Of a stretch of DNA of 64,000 nt, positions 50,140-59,806 are shown piece by piece; within the stretch, counting starts at the first letter, position 1; the number at the start of each line of letters is the position of its first letter. The stretch is taken from positions 1-64,000 of IMG/VR virus record IMGVR_UViG_3300015207_000465; one strand, written 5' to 3'. Source of the stretch: a virus. Taxonomy: Duplodnaviria > Caudoviricetes. The position numbers and the translations under genes are program-made. The notes under the pieces are model-generated. The model had not been told where the DNA came from. It ran no database searches and was given only the letters and a program-made list of their open reading frames with translations.

Positions 50140-50515
50140 TTATAATAATATTCTTATTATTCTTATCATTCTTATCATTCTTTTAATATATTATATTCTT
50201 TATTCTTGTTTATGGCTGAAAAAGTGTTTTTGCGAAAATTAAGCCTATTGCAAAAGATTGAATGATAAGGCGTTACAAAGGAATTTTGTTGGCGGTTTGA
50301 TGTTTGCTTGATGGCGATTTGCTGGTTGTCATTATTAAGTAGTCATAGTCTAACACACTGAAAGCAAATAAATTCGGCACTGCATTTTGTTGGTTGTTGT
50401 TGCCGATTTACTTAATCACTTTTATTAAGTAAAATCGTACAAAAATGGCGAAAAATAGCCCTTGATGGTTGTCTGATGTTTGCTTGATGTTTGTTTGTTG
50501 GTTGTTGGCTGGTTG
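50140..50515 (-). repeat. Second cluster of 11-bp-period CATCA-type repeats plus AAGAAT-rich tract
   Basis: TG(A/T/C)TG at 50287, 50298, 50309, 50320 and 50463, 50474, 50485, 50496; ATTCTT repeats at ~50149-50205. Confidence 0.6.
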
Positions 50516-50646
50516 TAAATTTTACAAAGTGCGACCTAAACGATTTAATTTCAGTGTATTGTGTTGGCGTTTTGTTGGTTGTAACAAAAAATCCACCGAA
50601 GTAGCGCAACGATGGATTAATAGGAAGCCGGGTAAGGATGATTGAC

Positions 50647-51264
50647 CTATGGTTGGACGTTTCCAAGAACGAAAACCGTCATGTCGCAGTCCTTCCTTGT
50701 GGCGATATACCCTCCTTTGGCGAGTTTTTCAAATGATGATTCCACATCCGTGGCATCTATTCCGAGCGTTTTTGATACCATCTCTATCGTAATGCAGAAA
50801 GGCGCATCCGATGCTGATTTAATGCCGTTCCGCAGATAGCAGTAGATGGCTATGTCGTTGTTATTCAATGGTTCATTTACGGCTGGTAATACCTTGCTGT
50901 TGGCAAGTTCCTCTTTCAGACTCTCCGCTATCCCTCGTGTTCGTCTGAAAGTTTCCGACAATGATTCCGGCGACCATTCCGCTTGCTTGCGTTCAAGCTC
51001 CATCCATCGCAGTATAAGTCGTGCGCGGGCTTCGTCGTTAAACTTGGTGGCGATGTAGAGGCACTCTTCCTTTGTCAGATTGTAGCACGGCAGGACGCGC
51101 CCGGTTGCGTCGATATATTCACTGAGCCGAAATTTTGACCCAGTGACTTTAACCCATGCCATTTCCATCTTTCGGATAGCTTCAAGGACATGACGATGTT
51201 GCTTGTTGGCGATTTCCGCTATCTGGAGCGAGGTCATTGTGGGTTGGTGAATAGGTGGATTCAT
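50647..51264 (-). CDS. Rha-family regulator/antirepressor
   Basis: MTSLQIAE..KQHRHVLEAIRKM..F.LSEY.D..GR.LPCY.LTKEECLYIATKF. Confidence 0.9.
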   Translation of the reverse strand: MNPPIHQPTMTSLQIAEIANKQHRHVLEAIRKMEMAWVKVTGSKFRLSEYIDATGRVLPCYNLTKEECLYIATKFNDEARARLILRWMELERKQAEWSPESLSETFRRTRGIAESLKEELANSKVLPAVNEPLNNNDIAIYCYLRNGIKSASDAPFCITIEMVSKTLGIDATDVESSFEKLAKGGYIATRKDCDMTVFVLGNVQP

Positions 51265-51502
51265 ATTGTTTTCGTTTTAGTTGATTTCAAATTCATCATC
51301 GTAAAGGTCGATGGTCGCGCCGCTGCTGAATTGGATTGTGAAGCGGTATCCGTTGCGTCCTACGATTGTTCCGCGATGGTATCCACGCCACGGCTTCTTT
51401 AACTCTACTTGTTTTCCGTATTCCGGGAAATCTATATCTTCTTCGTACATTATTATGGGTGTTGTGGGCGACCCGGCTTGACGAGCCGCCCGTTTTGACT
51501 TT

Positions 51503-51766
51503 TTATGCTATTACGGATGATTCAATCAGCTCGGTGTCGATGGCTGCGAAAGGTATGTCAACCTCGTTGCCGTCTTCATCGCACGTCCACACACGATAGC
51601 TGAATATGTCGAGAGTGGGTTTGTTCTGGGCGTAGACCGACACAACAATGTCGTTTCCGACCTCTATGGCGAGGTTGAAATATCCGTGAACCACCGGATT
51701 GAGTGCGGCTACTGCTGCGGCCACGGCAAGGGATGCTGTCTTTGAATCGAATTTGAATGATTGCAT
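51503..51766 (-). CDS. Hypothetical protein
   Basis: ATG ORF in leftward cassette. Confidence 0.55.
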   Translation of the reverse strand: MQSFKFDSKTASLAVAAAVAALNPVVHGYFNLAIEVGNDIVVSVYAQNKPTLDIFSYRVWTCDEDGNEVDIPFAAIDTELIESSVIA

Positions 51767-51792
51767 AGTCTTTGGTTTTATTGGGTTGATGA

Positions 51793-52122
51793 TTATATCA
51801 TTTTTACAAGGTTGCACTTTTTGAACGAGCGGTATTCCTGTTTGTCGGTATCGAAATACACTTGCACGGTTTCATTGGCTTTGCGACCCTTACCCTGTGT
51901 TTCAGGGAGGCGGTGTGGGTCAAGTGTGCCAAATGCCTGTCTGAGCGTCCCGTCTATTTTCTGATAGAAAAACTGAATGATGCCGCCACGCATGGCCTTT
52001 GTAAGTTTGGCGTTAAGCCATGCCGCCTTGAGGGCTTCGGCCATAGTGTAGCCGTTTCTCTTAACAAACATCCATGCGGTCTGCATAATGTTTCTAAGGG
52101 TTGATTTTCTTTCGTTGCTCAT
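51793..52122 (-). CDS. SH3 beta-barrel (DUF2693/WYL-like) protein
   Basis: EALKAAW..F.YQKIDGTLRQAFGTL..QVYFDTDKQEYRSFK. Confidence 0.8.
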   Translation of the reverse strand: MSNERKSTLRNIMQTAWMFVKRNGYTMAEALKAAWLNAKLTKAMRGGIIQFFYQKIDGTLRQAFGTLDPHRLPETQGKGRKANETVQVYFDTDKQEYRSFKKCNLVKMI

Positions 52123-52142
52123 ATCGATTGTTGTTATTGGGT

Positions 52143-52346
52143 TTAGAATATGTGATTGCCAGCAAATTCAGGTACTGCATCAAAACCGGCGATGTCGATG
52201 CCCTCATCAAGTATGAAAGAAGCGATGTTGTCAATGCTACTGTTGGCGTAAAGAATCGCCTCGTCGCGCTTGCGTACTACCTGATAGTAGGTCTTGCCGT
52301 AATCGCTGACCATCTCAATCTTATAGGGGTTGTTTCTTTTGTTCAT
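52143..52346 (-). CDS. Hypothetical protein
   Basis: First gene after a minus-strand TACCTTTG promoter motif at ~52372-52379. Confidence 0.6.
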   Translation of the reverse strand: MNKRNNPYKIEMVSDYGKTYYQVVRKRDEAILYANSSIDNIASFILDEGIDIAGFDAVPEFAGNHIF

Positions 52347-52510
52347 ATCTTTGTTGTTTGATTTGATGTTGCAAAGGTAAATCAAATAAATGTATCTTAG
52401 AAACAAAAATAAATCTTTAACATTTGTTTAACACTCGCGAAGTACATTTATTTGGTGGATTAAATTATTCTCTTTAACTTTGTGCCGCATAATTAAAGTA
52501 ATCACCAGAA

Positions 52511-52789
52511 ATGACGATACGACTAAAAGAAGTAATGAAAGAGAAAGGTGTTACAGGGCGCGAATTAGCGACTCGGCTTAATACGACACCTCAGTACATA
52601 AGCAACATTACAAGTGGGCGACAAAATCTGTCGCTTAACGGAATAGATGAAGTTGCAAAAGCATTGGGTGTTGAACCGTGGGAATTGCTTGTTTCTCGCG
52701 AGCAGCTCGCCAATTACAAATCCGATAGTCTTATGACGCAATGTCCCCATTGCGGAAAGCCAATAACAATCAAAACTACAATAGAATGA
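52511..52789 (+). CDS. XRE-family HTH regulator with zinc ribbon
   Basis: RLKEVMKEKG.T.RELA..ALGVEPWEL; CPHCG. Confidence 0.85.
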   Translation: MTIRLKEVMKEKGVTGRELATRLNTTPQYISNITSGRQNLSLNGIDEVAKALGVEPWELLVSREQLANYKSDSLMTQCPHCGKPITIKTTIE

Positions 52790-53508
52790 AACATTTACTT
52801 AAACCAGCAATCATCCTTGTTTTGGGAATGATTGTCTTATATCTCCAATCATGCGACCGACCTAATCAAGTTGATAATACGCTATTTGGGTTTCGTTTTG
52901 GGCAAACACAAATGGAAGTTGATAGCGTTGCGTCTAATAGAGGTTTCCGAAAACTTGCATGGGTCAATTCCACCGGTTATGAGGGACGACTTGATACGCT
53001 TGGTGTTAGATGGATGCAGATAGAAGCAAGGTTTGAAAAAGATTCTCTCTGTTCCATTGCACTACTCGCGCATAAGGATTCGGAAGATGATGGTCGTGTT
53101 TTCGAGAGTAAGATTAACGATGTGCTGGAAAACCATTTTCATGTATTCGGAAAGCGGTTAGAGCAAGAACCGTATGAAGAATATGGAGCATGGATTTTTG
53201 GCAATTACGTTGTTTCGTTTATCCCCAAAGGAGAATATTTTGCAGTTTTGCAAATATGCCCATATTCCGAAGATAATGCTAAAACGGCAAGGCTTGAATA
53301 CATCGACTATAAAATAGACGAGAACTTAAAGAAGCTCGCTAACGCTATGGCTGGTTATATTAAGGCAAGAGAAAGTGGTCAATCTACCATGAGGGAAGTT
53401 TATGTGGATGATGTACGCTCTGCAAATGGTTTTCTAAATAAACATTACGACCTTATGACCCCCAGACAAAAGGAACTCTTTGACAAACTAAGGAATATTA
53501 CTTATTGA
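52786..53508 (+). CDS. Putative lipoprotein
   Basis: MKHLLKPAIILVLGMIVLYLQSC signal peptide and lipobox; ATGA-coupled. Confidence 0.7.
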   Translation: MKHLLKPAIILVLGMIVLYLQSCDRPNQVDNTLFGFRFGQTQMEVDSVASNRGFRKLAWVNSTGYEGRLDTLGVRWMQIEARFEKDSLCSIALLAHKDSEDDGRVFESKINDVLENHFHVFGKRLEQEPYEEYGAWIFGNYVVSFIPKGEYFAVLQICPYSEDNAKTARLEYIDYKIDENLKKLANAMAGYIKARESGQSTMREVYVDDVRSANGFLNKHYDLMTPRQKELFDKLRNITY

Positions 53509-53729
53509 TTTATTTGGAATAAGCAAATAAGCGCATCAGTCATCACGACTGGTGCGCTTTCTTTGTTGTATCAATGTTGTATCAATTTCCAGATATGCTG
53601 ATAAAACAAATTCGGCAACGCATTGGTATTGCGCGGAATAGAATTTAGCATTGTAGTGCCACCAGTACCACTAAAAAGGCGACACGCCTCTCGGCGCATC
53701 GCCATAGGAAAGGGTGTGTGAAAAAGGGG

Positions 53730-55013
53730 TCATTGTTGTTTGATTTCAGCAGTCACGCCGTTAGTGTCGGTCACGTCTGCCGGGTTAATCGTTTTTGCGG
53801 TATCGGGATTTTCAGCAGCCACCGACAATCCTAAATCGCAGAAGCCCTTGCAAGCTCCGCGATAGCCGTTGAAAAATTCAGTGGCGGTCATGCGTCGCTT
53901 GTTCGGCATCTGCAATTCAAGTACGGAAAGAAGATTGTCGCCACAGGCGATGTATAGCTTTCGGTCTTGCCAGAATAGCTCGCCGGGCGCATGGTGGCCA
54001 CGCGGTATGTCGGTCTTTTCCGTTCTGAAAATCTTGACGCTCATGGCCTGCTTTCCAAGCATGGCCAGTGAAGTCCAAGCTGATGGGATTGGAGTAAGTG
54101 CGCGTATGAAGTCATAGACGTAATCGGCGGGCTTGAGCCACGGAATGATGCAGTCCTTGCGATGTAGCTTTGGCGCGTAGCATGGCTGGATGAAGTCACA
54201 GATAAGCTCCGACTGAGGAATGGGGTTGCATGAATGGGCTATGCGCTGGATTGCATCGTCTATCATTTCCGCGCCGGCAATGCGTAGCTTGATGTGAACG
54301 TCTTCCGCGTTATCATCTTCATCAATGCCGATGGCAAGATTGTTTATGATGCCGCCGGTGTCGATTTTGTCTTCAAGCATGAACGTTGTCACGCCGGTCA
54401 TGGCATTACCATCCTTGATTGCGGATGCGATGGTGGAAGCACCGCGATACATGGGCAGCATAGATGAGTGGAGGTTGATTGTACCCCACGACGGAATGGT
54501 GTATAGCGCACGTGGCAGTATTCTGAACTCCACTACTACGCCGAGCGTCGCATGAAGATTGTGGATGTGCCGCAGAAATCTATTAGAGTCAAGTTTCCGT
54601 GGTTGAAAAACAAGGATGCCCATAGATTCGGCATAAACCTTGACCGCAGATGGCCGCAGTTTCTTGCCACGCCCGCACGGTTTATCTTCCATAGTTACGA
54701 CTGCCGCGACATCATATCCGTTTTCAACAAGCATTTTTAGCGTGGGAAGCGCAAACTGCCCATTGCCGAAGAATATGATGCGTATTCCCTTGCGTGATAC
54801 AGGCTTGTCAAAATCACGTTCCGGGTATGAAACAATATCAGTTTCGTCAACAATTACATAACCGCCGGATTTCTTCAATCGCAGAAAGTAAGAGCCATCA
54901 TCTTTTGGGTATAAGATTTTGGCTTCCGTAAAAATACCGCCCCCATCATTACCGTGCAGGAGTCTGCTTGGAATTTGGACTGTCTGCCCGACGCGATAAA
55001 GAGGTGTTTTCAT
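53730..55013 (-). CDS. fmt: Phage-encoded methionyl-tRNA formyltransferase homolog with extra N-terminal domain
   Basis: IIFFG..FA, VVT..DKP.GRG.KL, INLHSSMLPMYRGA, TGVTTF..IDTG, YAPKL, QMPNKRRM; ATG 55013 coupled to the XRE stop. Confidence 0.92.
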   Translation of the reverse strand: MKTPLYRVGQTVQIPSRLLHGNDGGGIFTEAKILYPKDDGSYFLRLKKSGGYVIVDETDIVSYPERDFDKPVSRKGIRIIFFGNGQFALPTLKMLVENGYDVAAVVTMEDKPCGRGKKLRPSAVKVYAESMGILVFQPRKLDSNRFLRHIHNLHATLGVVVEFRILPRALYTIPSWGTINLHSSMLPMYRGASTIASAIKDGNAMTGVTTFMLEDKIDTGGIINNLAIGIDEDDNAEDVHIKLRIAGAEMIDDAIQRIAHSCNPIPQSELICDFIQPCYAPKLHRKDCIIPWLKPADYVYDFIRALTPIPSAWTSLAMLGKQAMSVKIFRTEKTDIPRGHHAPGELFWQDRKLYIACGDNLLSVLELQMPNKRRMTATEFFNGYRGACKGFCDLGLSVAAENPDTAKTINPADVTDTNGVTAEIKQQ

Positions 55014-55279
55014 CGCGGCGTGGCGGTTTTGATGTCGATACGTGCGCCGCACTGCGGGCAGATGATTGTTGCCGGGTTGGGTGCGAGGTAGTCTGTGAAT
55101 AGTGATGCAACTGGTACGTCAAGAGCTTCCGCTATCTTTTCAAGGGTAGAGATGTTGGGGCTATTCTTCTCGTTCACGATACTGCCAAGAGTCTGGGGAG
55201 CTATATTCATTTTTTCGGCAAGACTTTTCAGTGTCATACCTTTGGCGGCAACGATTGCTTTAATTCTGAATTTTGACAT
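55010..55279 (-). CDS. XRE-family HTH regulator with zinc ribbon
   Basis: TLKSLAEKM..PNISTLEKIAEALDVPV; CPQCG. Confidence 0.87.
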   Translation of the reverse strand: MSKFRIKAIVAAKGMTLKSLAEKMNIAPQTLGSIVNEKNSPNISTLEKIAEALDVPVASLFTDYLAPNPATIICPQCGARIDIKTATPR

Positions 55280-55467
55280 AAAGTATTTTACTGATTGGGG
55301 TTGTTTTGCTATGAGTATCGCAAAGTTACTCTTCCGCAGTCAGTTAAAACGAGTTCAGAGAGTGAAAAATTGTTAAATACTGATTTAAGTAATGGTTAAT
55401 ACTTGCACGATAAATAATATTAGTGTACCTTTGCAGAGGTCAAACTATAAACGACCACCTTAAAACA

Positions 55468-55788
55468 ATGAGTCAAGCAGAAAGCTACATAGAAGAGGAT
55501 TGCGACGATTACGCTTACGATAGCAATTATGACTTATACGATAGTCTGGATTGCGATGACGTAAGCTGCATGACCGACCGCCCCTCGCGATTTGTGCAAC
55601 GCCACATTTTACCCGGATTGCATCCCTTGATAGAAGAAATTAGGGCTAAAAATGCCGGTGCGAAGATGGGAGAAGAATTGCGATGCCCGGTTTGTGGAAA
55701 ACGATTTTTCAAAAAATCGTATCAGCAGAAATTCTGTTCTAACGACTGCAAGGTTAAATACCACAATAAACGACAGGTATGGTACTGA
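55468..55788 (+). CDS. Zinc-finger protein
   Basis: CPVCGKRF.KKSYQQKFCSNDC; promoter motif TACCTTTG at ~55426. Confidence 0.7.
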   Translation: MSQAESYIEEDCDDYAYDSNYDLYDSLDCDDVSCMTDRPSRFVQRHILPGLHPLIEEIRAKNAGAKMGEELRCPVCGKRFFKKSYQQKFCSNDCKVKYHNKRQVWY

Positions 55789-56138
55789 CTAAACAAATTG
55801 ATACCCCTTTATTTGGGCAGGCTCAAATGTTCAGCGAGTCTATTTCTACGTCAGTCATTCGCAAAGCTGTGATGGATGGGCGTAAAATTCGCCTTATGCA
55901 ACACGCCATTGGTCTTAACAACCCATATTCTAAAGTCAGAAAGGGCTGTTACACCGCTTACCGCAACTACTTTGTCGCTGGAAAAGGAGATGCAAGTTGG
56001 GATGAATTAGTCGCCGCTGGCCTTGCCACAAAACGCCAAGATACATTATACGAACTGAACACAGTTTACCATCTAACCGAAAAGGGAATAAACATCCTCG
56101 CGGAAATTATGAACATAAAAATCATAGAAGCAAAATGA
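55779..56138 (+). CDS. Hypothetical phage protein
   Basis: MQHAIG..YRNYF..WDELV..G.A..YHLTEKG. Confidence 0.65.
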   Translation: MVLTKQIDTPLFGQAQMFSESISTSVIRKAVMDGRKIRLMQHAIGLNNPYSKVRKGCYTAYRNYFVAGKGDASWDELVAAGLATKRQDTLYELNTVYHLTEKGINILAEIMNIKIIEAK

Positions 56139-56596
56139 TATACGAAGAAATTATGTATGGCATTAAGTGCAATCGTTGCCATGAAATCTTTGAGAATAGC
56201 GAAAGTTACACCGTTGCTGTTGATAAGGATGATTTTGAGGCAGAGGCGACGGAAGATGGCTGGCACAAGGATGGCGATGCGCACTATTGCCCCAAGTGTT
56301 ACATGGTAGATGAGAATGATGTGATAGTCGTAAAGCCGCGAATACACCATCTATTTTTCAAGTTTTGGAACTTGCTCAAGGCGTTTACCGGATGTGTGCA
56401 TCGATTTACCGAAACGGAAACACACTACACGCTGACAAATCATCATTGCTACAAACGATTGAATAAAGCGCGGATTTCAATCTTGCAAGAAGTCATCGCT
56501 GATTTCACAATCGAATATCGCACACCGGAAAGAATGGTCGGTCAGCCCTACGAAATAGAAACTATCAGCATCCCCAAAGATTTCAAAAGGCAATAA
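56135..56596 (+). CDS. Hypothetical protein with Zn ribbon
   Basis: CNRC..GW....HYCPKC. Confidence 0.65.
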   Translation: MIYEEIMYGIKCNRCHEIFENSESYTVAVDKDDFEAEATEDGWHKDGDAHYCPKCYMVDENDVIVVKPRIHHLFFKFWNLLKAFTGCVHRFTETETHYTLTNHHCYKRLNKARISILQEVIADFTIEYRTPERMVGQPYEIETISIPKDFKRQ

Positions 56597-56607
56597 ACCA
56601 AGCAACG

Positions 56608-56820
56608 ATGGCAAAAGCGGAAGAAATATTTGACCTGCTATACGAAATCAACAACAAGATAGCGGAACAAGAACTGACGGTAAGAGAGTCGGTGCGGTTG
56701 TATTTATCCCTTATCACGATGGCTTTCACAAAAGCCGGCGCAACCAAAGAGATGATACCATTTATCCTCAAAGAGGTGGGCGAATACTTGTCTGAACGGT
56801 TAAAAGAACAGTTAAAATAG
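56608..56820 (+). CDS. Hypothetical protein
   Basis: ATG ORF. Confidence 0.55.
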   Translation: MAKAEEIFDLLYEINNKIAEQELTVRESVRLYLSLITMAFTKAGATKEMIPFILKEVGEYLSERLKEQLK

Positions 56821-57027
56821 GCATCATGGAAACATTGACTGCTATGCAGATATTGGAGCTTAAAATAGTAGGCTACAATCCACCGAAAGACCAGATAACC
56901 CTTGATGATATTCTGCGCATATTGCCATCGGAACTAAACAAGGGAAAGCATCGCCAGTGGCATCCTGCCTTTCGGCTTCGTAGTAAAAGAAGACTAAACA
57001 ATCACATCAAACCCCACAACAAGCAAT

Positions 57028-58155
57028 ATGAAATTCTCTATCAACAACAAGGCTCTATTAAGCCGACTGCTTGCCGCTGGAAAGGCGGTCAGCAACCGAC
57101 CCACGATTTCCATCTTGAGTAATTTCCTGTTTGTCCTTGAGGGCAATGTTCTCACCATCACGGCATCCGACTCCGACAATGTGGTGGTGTCACGCATCAC
57201 CGTCAACGATGCAGAGGGCGCAGGCAAGGTATGTATCGACGCAAAACGTGTTACGGAATTACTCAAGGCAATGCCTGACTGCCCCGTGTCTTTCGACATC
57301 AACGACGCGACCCTCGCAGTGGTCATCCGTTATACCAATGGCAAGTATAATCTTTCAGGACTGCCCGGTGCGGAATACCCCATGGCAGACATCGACGACT
57401 CGCAGACCAAAGGCTCTTTCACACTGCCGGCATCGCAAATCCTTAACGCAGTTGATAAGGTAGGTTTTGCCGTAGGTAACGATGAGTTGCGTCAGACGCT
57501 GAACGGCATCTATTGGGATATTACGGAAGACGCAATCACATTTGTAGCTACCGACTCCCGCGTACTTGCCAAGTATCGCAGCACACAGACCGCCCCCGGC
57601 GTGACAATGAGTTTCAATCTGCCGGGCAAGTCAGTATCCCTTATCCGTGCCTTTATCGGAAAGCAGGCCGATGTCAAGCTGACCGTCACCGAAAGAGCCG
57701 CAGTCTTTGAGGGCGATGATTTCAAGGTGCGTACAACGCTTTACAACGGAAGATACCCGGACTACAACCGTGTCATTCCCACCAATCAGCCCATCACCGT
57801 CAACATTGACCGCATGGATTTCGCCAACGCCATCACACGTGTATCAATCTGCGCCGATGCGCAGTTATCGCTCCTGCGCCTTAAAATGACAAATGGAACG
57901 CTTGATGTCATGGCACAGGATATGAGCTTCAACGTAGGCGGCGAAGAGCGTATCACTTGCGACTACGCCGGCGATAAGCTGGAAATCGGTTTCAGCTCGT
58001 CATACCTCAAGGGTGTGCTTAACGCTATGGCAACGCAGAATATCGTAATGAAGCTATCCACGCCTGACCGCCCCGGCTTATTCTTGCCCGCGGAAAACGA
58101 CGAATACGGCGAGCTTACATTGCTTTGTATGCCGATGAGTATTCAGCAGGCGTAA
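57028..58155 (+). CDS. dnaN: DNA polymerase III beta sliding clamp (phage copy)
   Basis: 375 aa; ILSNFLF..LTITASD, FVATDSR.LA, GRYPDYNRVIP, IGFSS.YL, L.MPM. Confidence 0.93.
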   Translation: MKFSINNKALLSRLLAAGKAVSNRPTISILSNFLFVLEGNVLTITASDSDNVVVSRITVNDAEGAGKVCIDAKRVTELLKAMPDCPVSFDINDATLAVVIRYTNGKYNLSGLPGAEYPMADIDDSQTKGSFTLPASQILNAVDKVGFAVGNDELRQTLNGIYWDITEDAITFVATDSRVLAKYRSTQTAPGVTMSFNLPGKSVSLIRAFIGKQADVKLTVTERAAVFEGDDFKVRTTLYNGRYPDYNRVIPTNQPITVNIDRMDFANAITRVSICADAQLSLLRLKMTNGTLDVMAQDMSFNVGGEERITCDYAGDKLEIGFSSSYLKGVLNAMATQNIVMKLSTPDRPGLFLPAENDEYGELTLLCMPMSIQQA

Positions 58156-58319
58156 TGGAATACAATGCTCCGCTCAATGAAGAAAGTAATATCTAAAATC
58201 AAAGACATTCTTTTCATGGTCTACGCAGTCTTCGCCTGTCTTATCCTTGCGGTCATTCTTGGATTGACAAGCGATAAGACGGAAGAAGACTACGACCCAT
58301 GGGATTGCTATCAGTAACT

Positions 58320-58772
58320 ATGACAAGAGTAATCAAGTTTCGCGGAAAATCAATCGCCGATGGCAAATGGGTTTATGGCGATTTGGTACACACATCTACC
58401 CAGAAAGCGGCTATCTGGCCTACGGAAAAAGGACACGATGGCGGCATGGTAGAGGTCAGACCCAATACCGTCGGTCAGTACACCGGTCAGCGCGACCGCA
58501 ACGGAAACGAAATCTATGAGGGCGATGTTGTGCGTCAGGCATGGGAAACAACCATCACGGATGAAGATGGAGCTTTCTCTGCAAAAGGCAATCAAACCGG
58601 CATCGTTGTCATTCGTACAAGGGGCGTGTGCCTTTCGCCCTGCCTTTGCGAAAACGACATTTCGGAAGATGCAATGCTGACAAAGAACATCCCCGTGACA
58701 GGCAAACGCTCCGAAATCATCGGCAATAGCCACGATACACCATCTCTTTTTGAAGAAATCTGTAACTCTTAA
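58320..58772 (+). CDS. YopX-family protein
   Basis: IKFRGK..WVYGDL..TVGQYTG..D.NG.EIYEGD..IIGN. Confidence 0.88.
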   Translation: MTRVIKFRGKSIADGKWVYGDLVHTSTQKAAIWPTEKGHDGGMVEVRPNTVGQYTGQRDRNGNEIYEGDVVRQAWETTITDEDGAFSAKGNQTGIVVIRTRGVCLSPCLCENDISEDAMLTKNIPVTGKRSEIIGNSHDTPSLFEEICNS

Positions 58773-58786
58773 CACCCAAAAAAACA

Positions 58787-59806
58787 ATGAAAACCTACAT
58801 CGGAACAAAACAGCTCTGCGCAGAGCCTATGACCAAGGGCGAGGCGTATGACCGTTCACTGCTTCGTGGCGACATCGACGCTACGGAACGTGAAAATCCC
58901 GGCTATCACGTTGTCTATCCCGACGGATATGAAAGCTGGTCGCCCCAAAATGTGTTTGATGCCGCTTATCATGTTGCGGAAACACCCGTTGACCGCATCA
59001 ACATTCAGTGGTACGACATCGACAACAAGGCTGGCGAATATTCCGCATGGGCCTGCAATTTCTATACCGGATGCTCAAACAACTGTTCATACTGCTATTG
59101 CAAGCGTGGCGTTATGAGCCATGTGTGGAGCGATGAACCCAAACTTAAAAAGTGCTTCAAGGATGAAGCCGATGCACTTGCAGTATTCACAAAGGAACTG
59201 ACCGCCAATATCGACGAGCTACGCAATACAGGCATCTTTTTCAGCTTCACGACTGACCCCATGATACCCGGCAAGACGTTTGAATTGACGGTTGACGCAA
59301 TGAAAGTCGCGTTGACAAATGGCGTTCCGGTTCAAATCCTGACCAAACGTGCGGATTGGTGGGATACCGACACATGGAAAGACAATGAGCAATTCTTCGC
59401 TGATTACGCGGATAAAATTGCGGTCGGTTTTACATTGACATGCCGTGATGACCTTGAACCGGGCGCAAGTCCGCACAAGGAAAGAGTGTCGGCGATGTCT
59501 TTATGCGCAAGCTGGGGATTTCACACCTTTGCAAGCATTGAGCCGATTGTCGATATAGTCAATTCGGAACTTGCGATGTCGGATGTGCTACCGTACTGTC
59601 AGCTATTCAAAGTCGGCCTGATGAGCGGTGGTGCAAAACCCGACAAGGCGGCATTAAAGGAGATGCTTGATAGATGGAACAGCCGATTGGATAAGCTCGG
59701 CAAGAAAATCTATTGGAAGCAGAGCGTAGTTGATTATCTGGGCGATGATTTCACGTTCTGGTTAGACTCCTGCGTGGATGCCGACTACAACATATTTAGC
59801 TACTGA
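58787..59806 (+). CDS. Radical SAM protein with fused N-terminal phage domain
   Basis: YIGTK..AEPM..GYHVVYPDGYESWSP domain followed by GCSNNCSYCYC (CxxxCxxC), FTTDP, LTK, SIEP. Confidence 0.8.
   Translation: MKTYIGTKQLCAEPMTKGEAYDRSLLRGDIDATERENPGYHVVYPDGYESWSPQNVFDAAYHVAETPVDRINIQWYDIDNKAGEYSAWACNFYTGCSNNCSYCYCKRGVMSHVWSDEPKLKKCFKDEADALAVFTKELTANIDELRNTGIFFSFTTDPMIPGKTFELTVDAMKVALTNGVPVQILTKRADWWDTDTWKDNEQFFADYADKIAVGFTLTCRDDLEPGASPHKERVSAMSLCASWGFHTFASIEPIVDIVNSELAMSDVLPYCQLFKVGLMSGGAKPDKAALKEMLDRWNSRLDKLGKKIYWKQSVVDYLGDDFTFWLDSCVDADYNIFSY

Noticed and set aside
53566-53680. att-like junction (TTGTATCAAT x2 and GCCACCAGTACCAC) beside fmt
   Set aside because: No partner repeat or integrase found nearby; too weak to call
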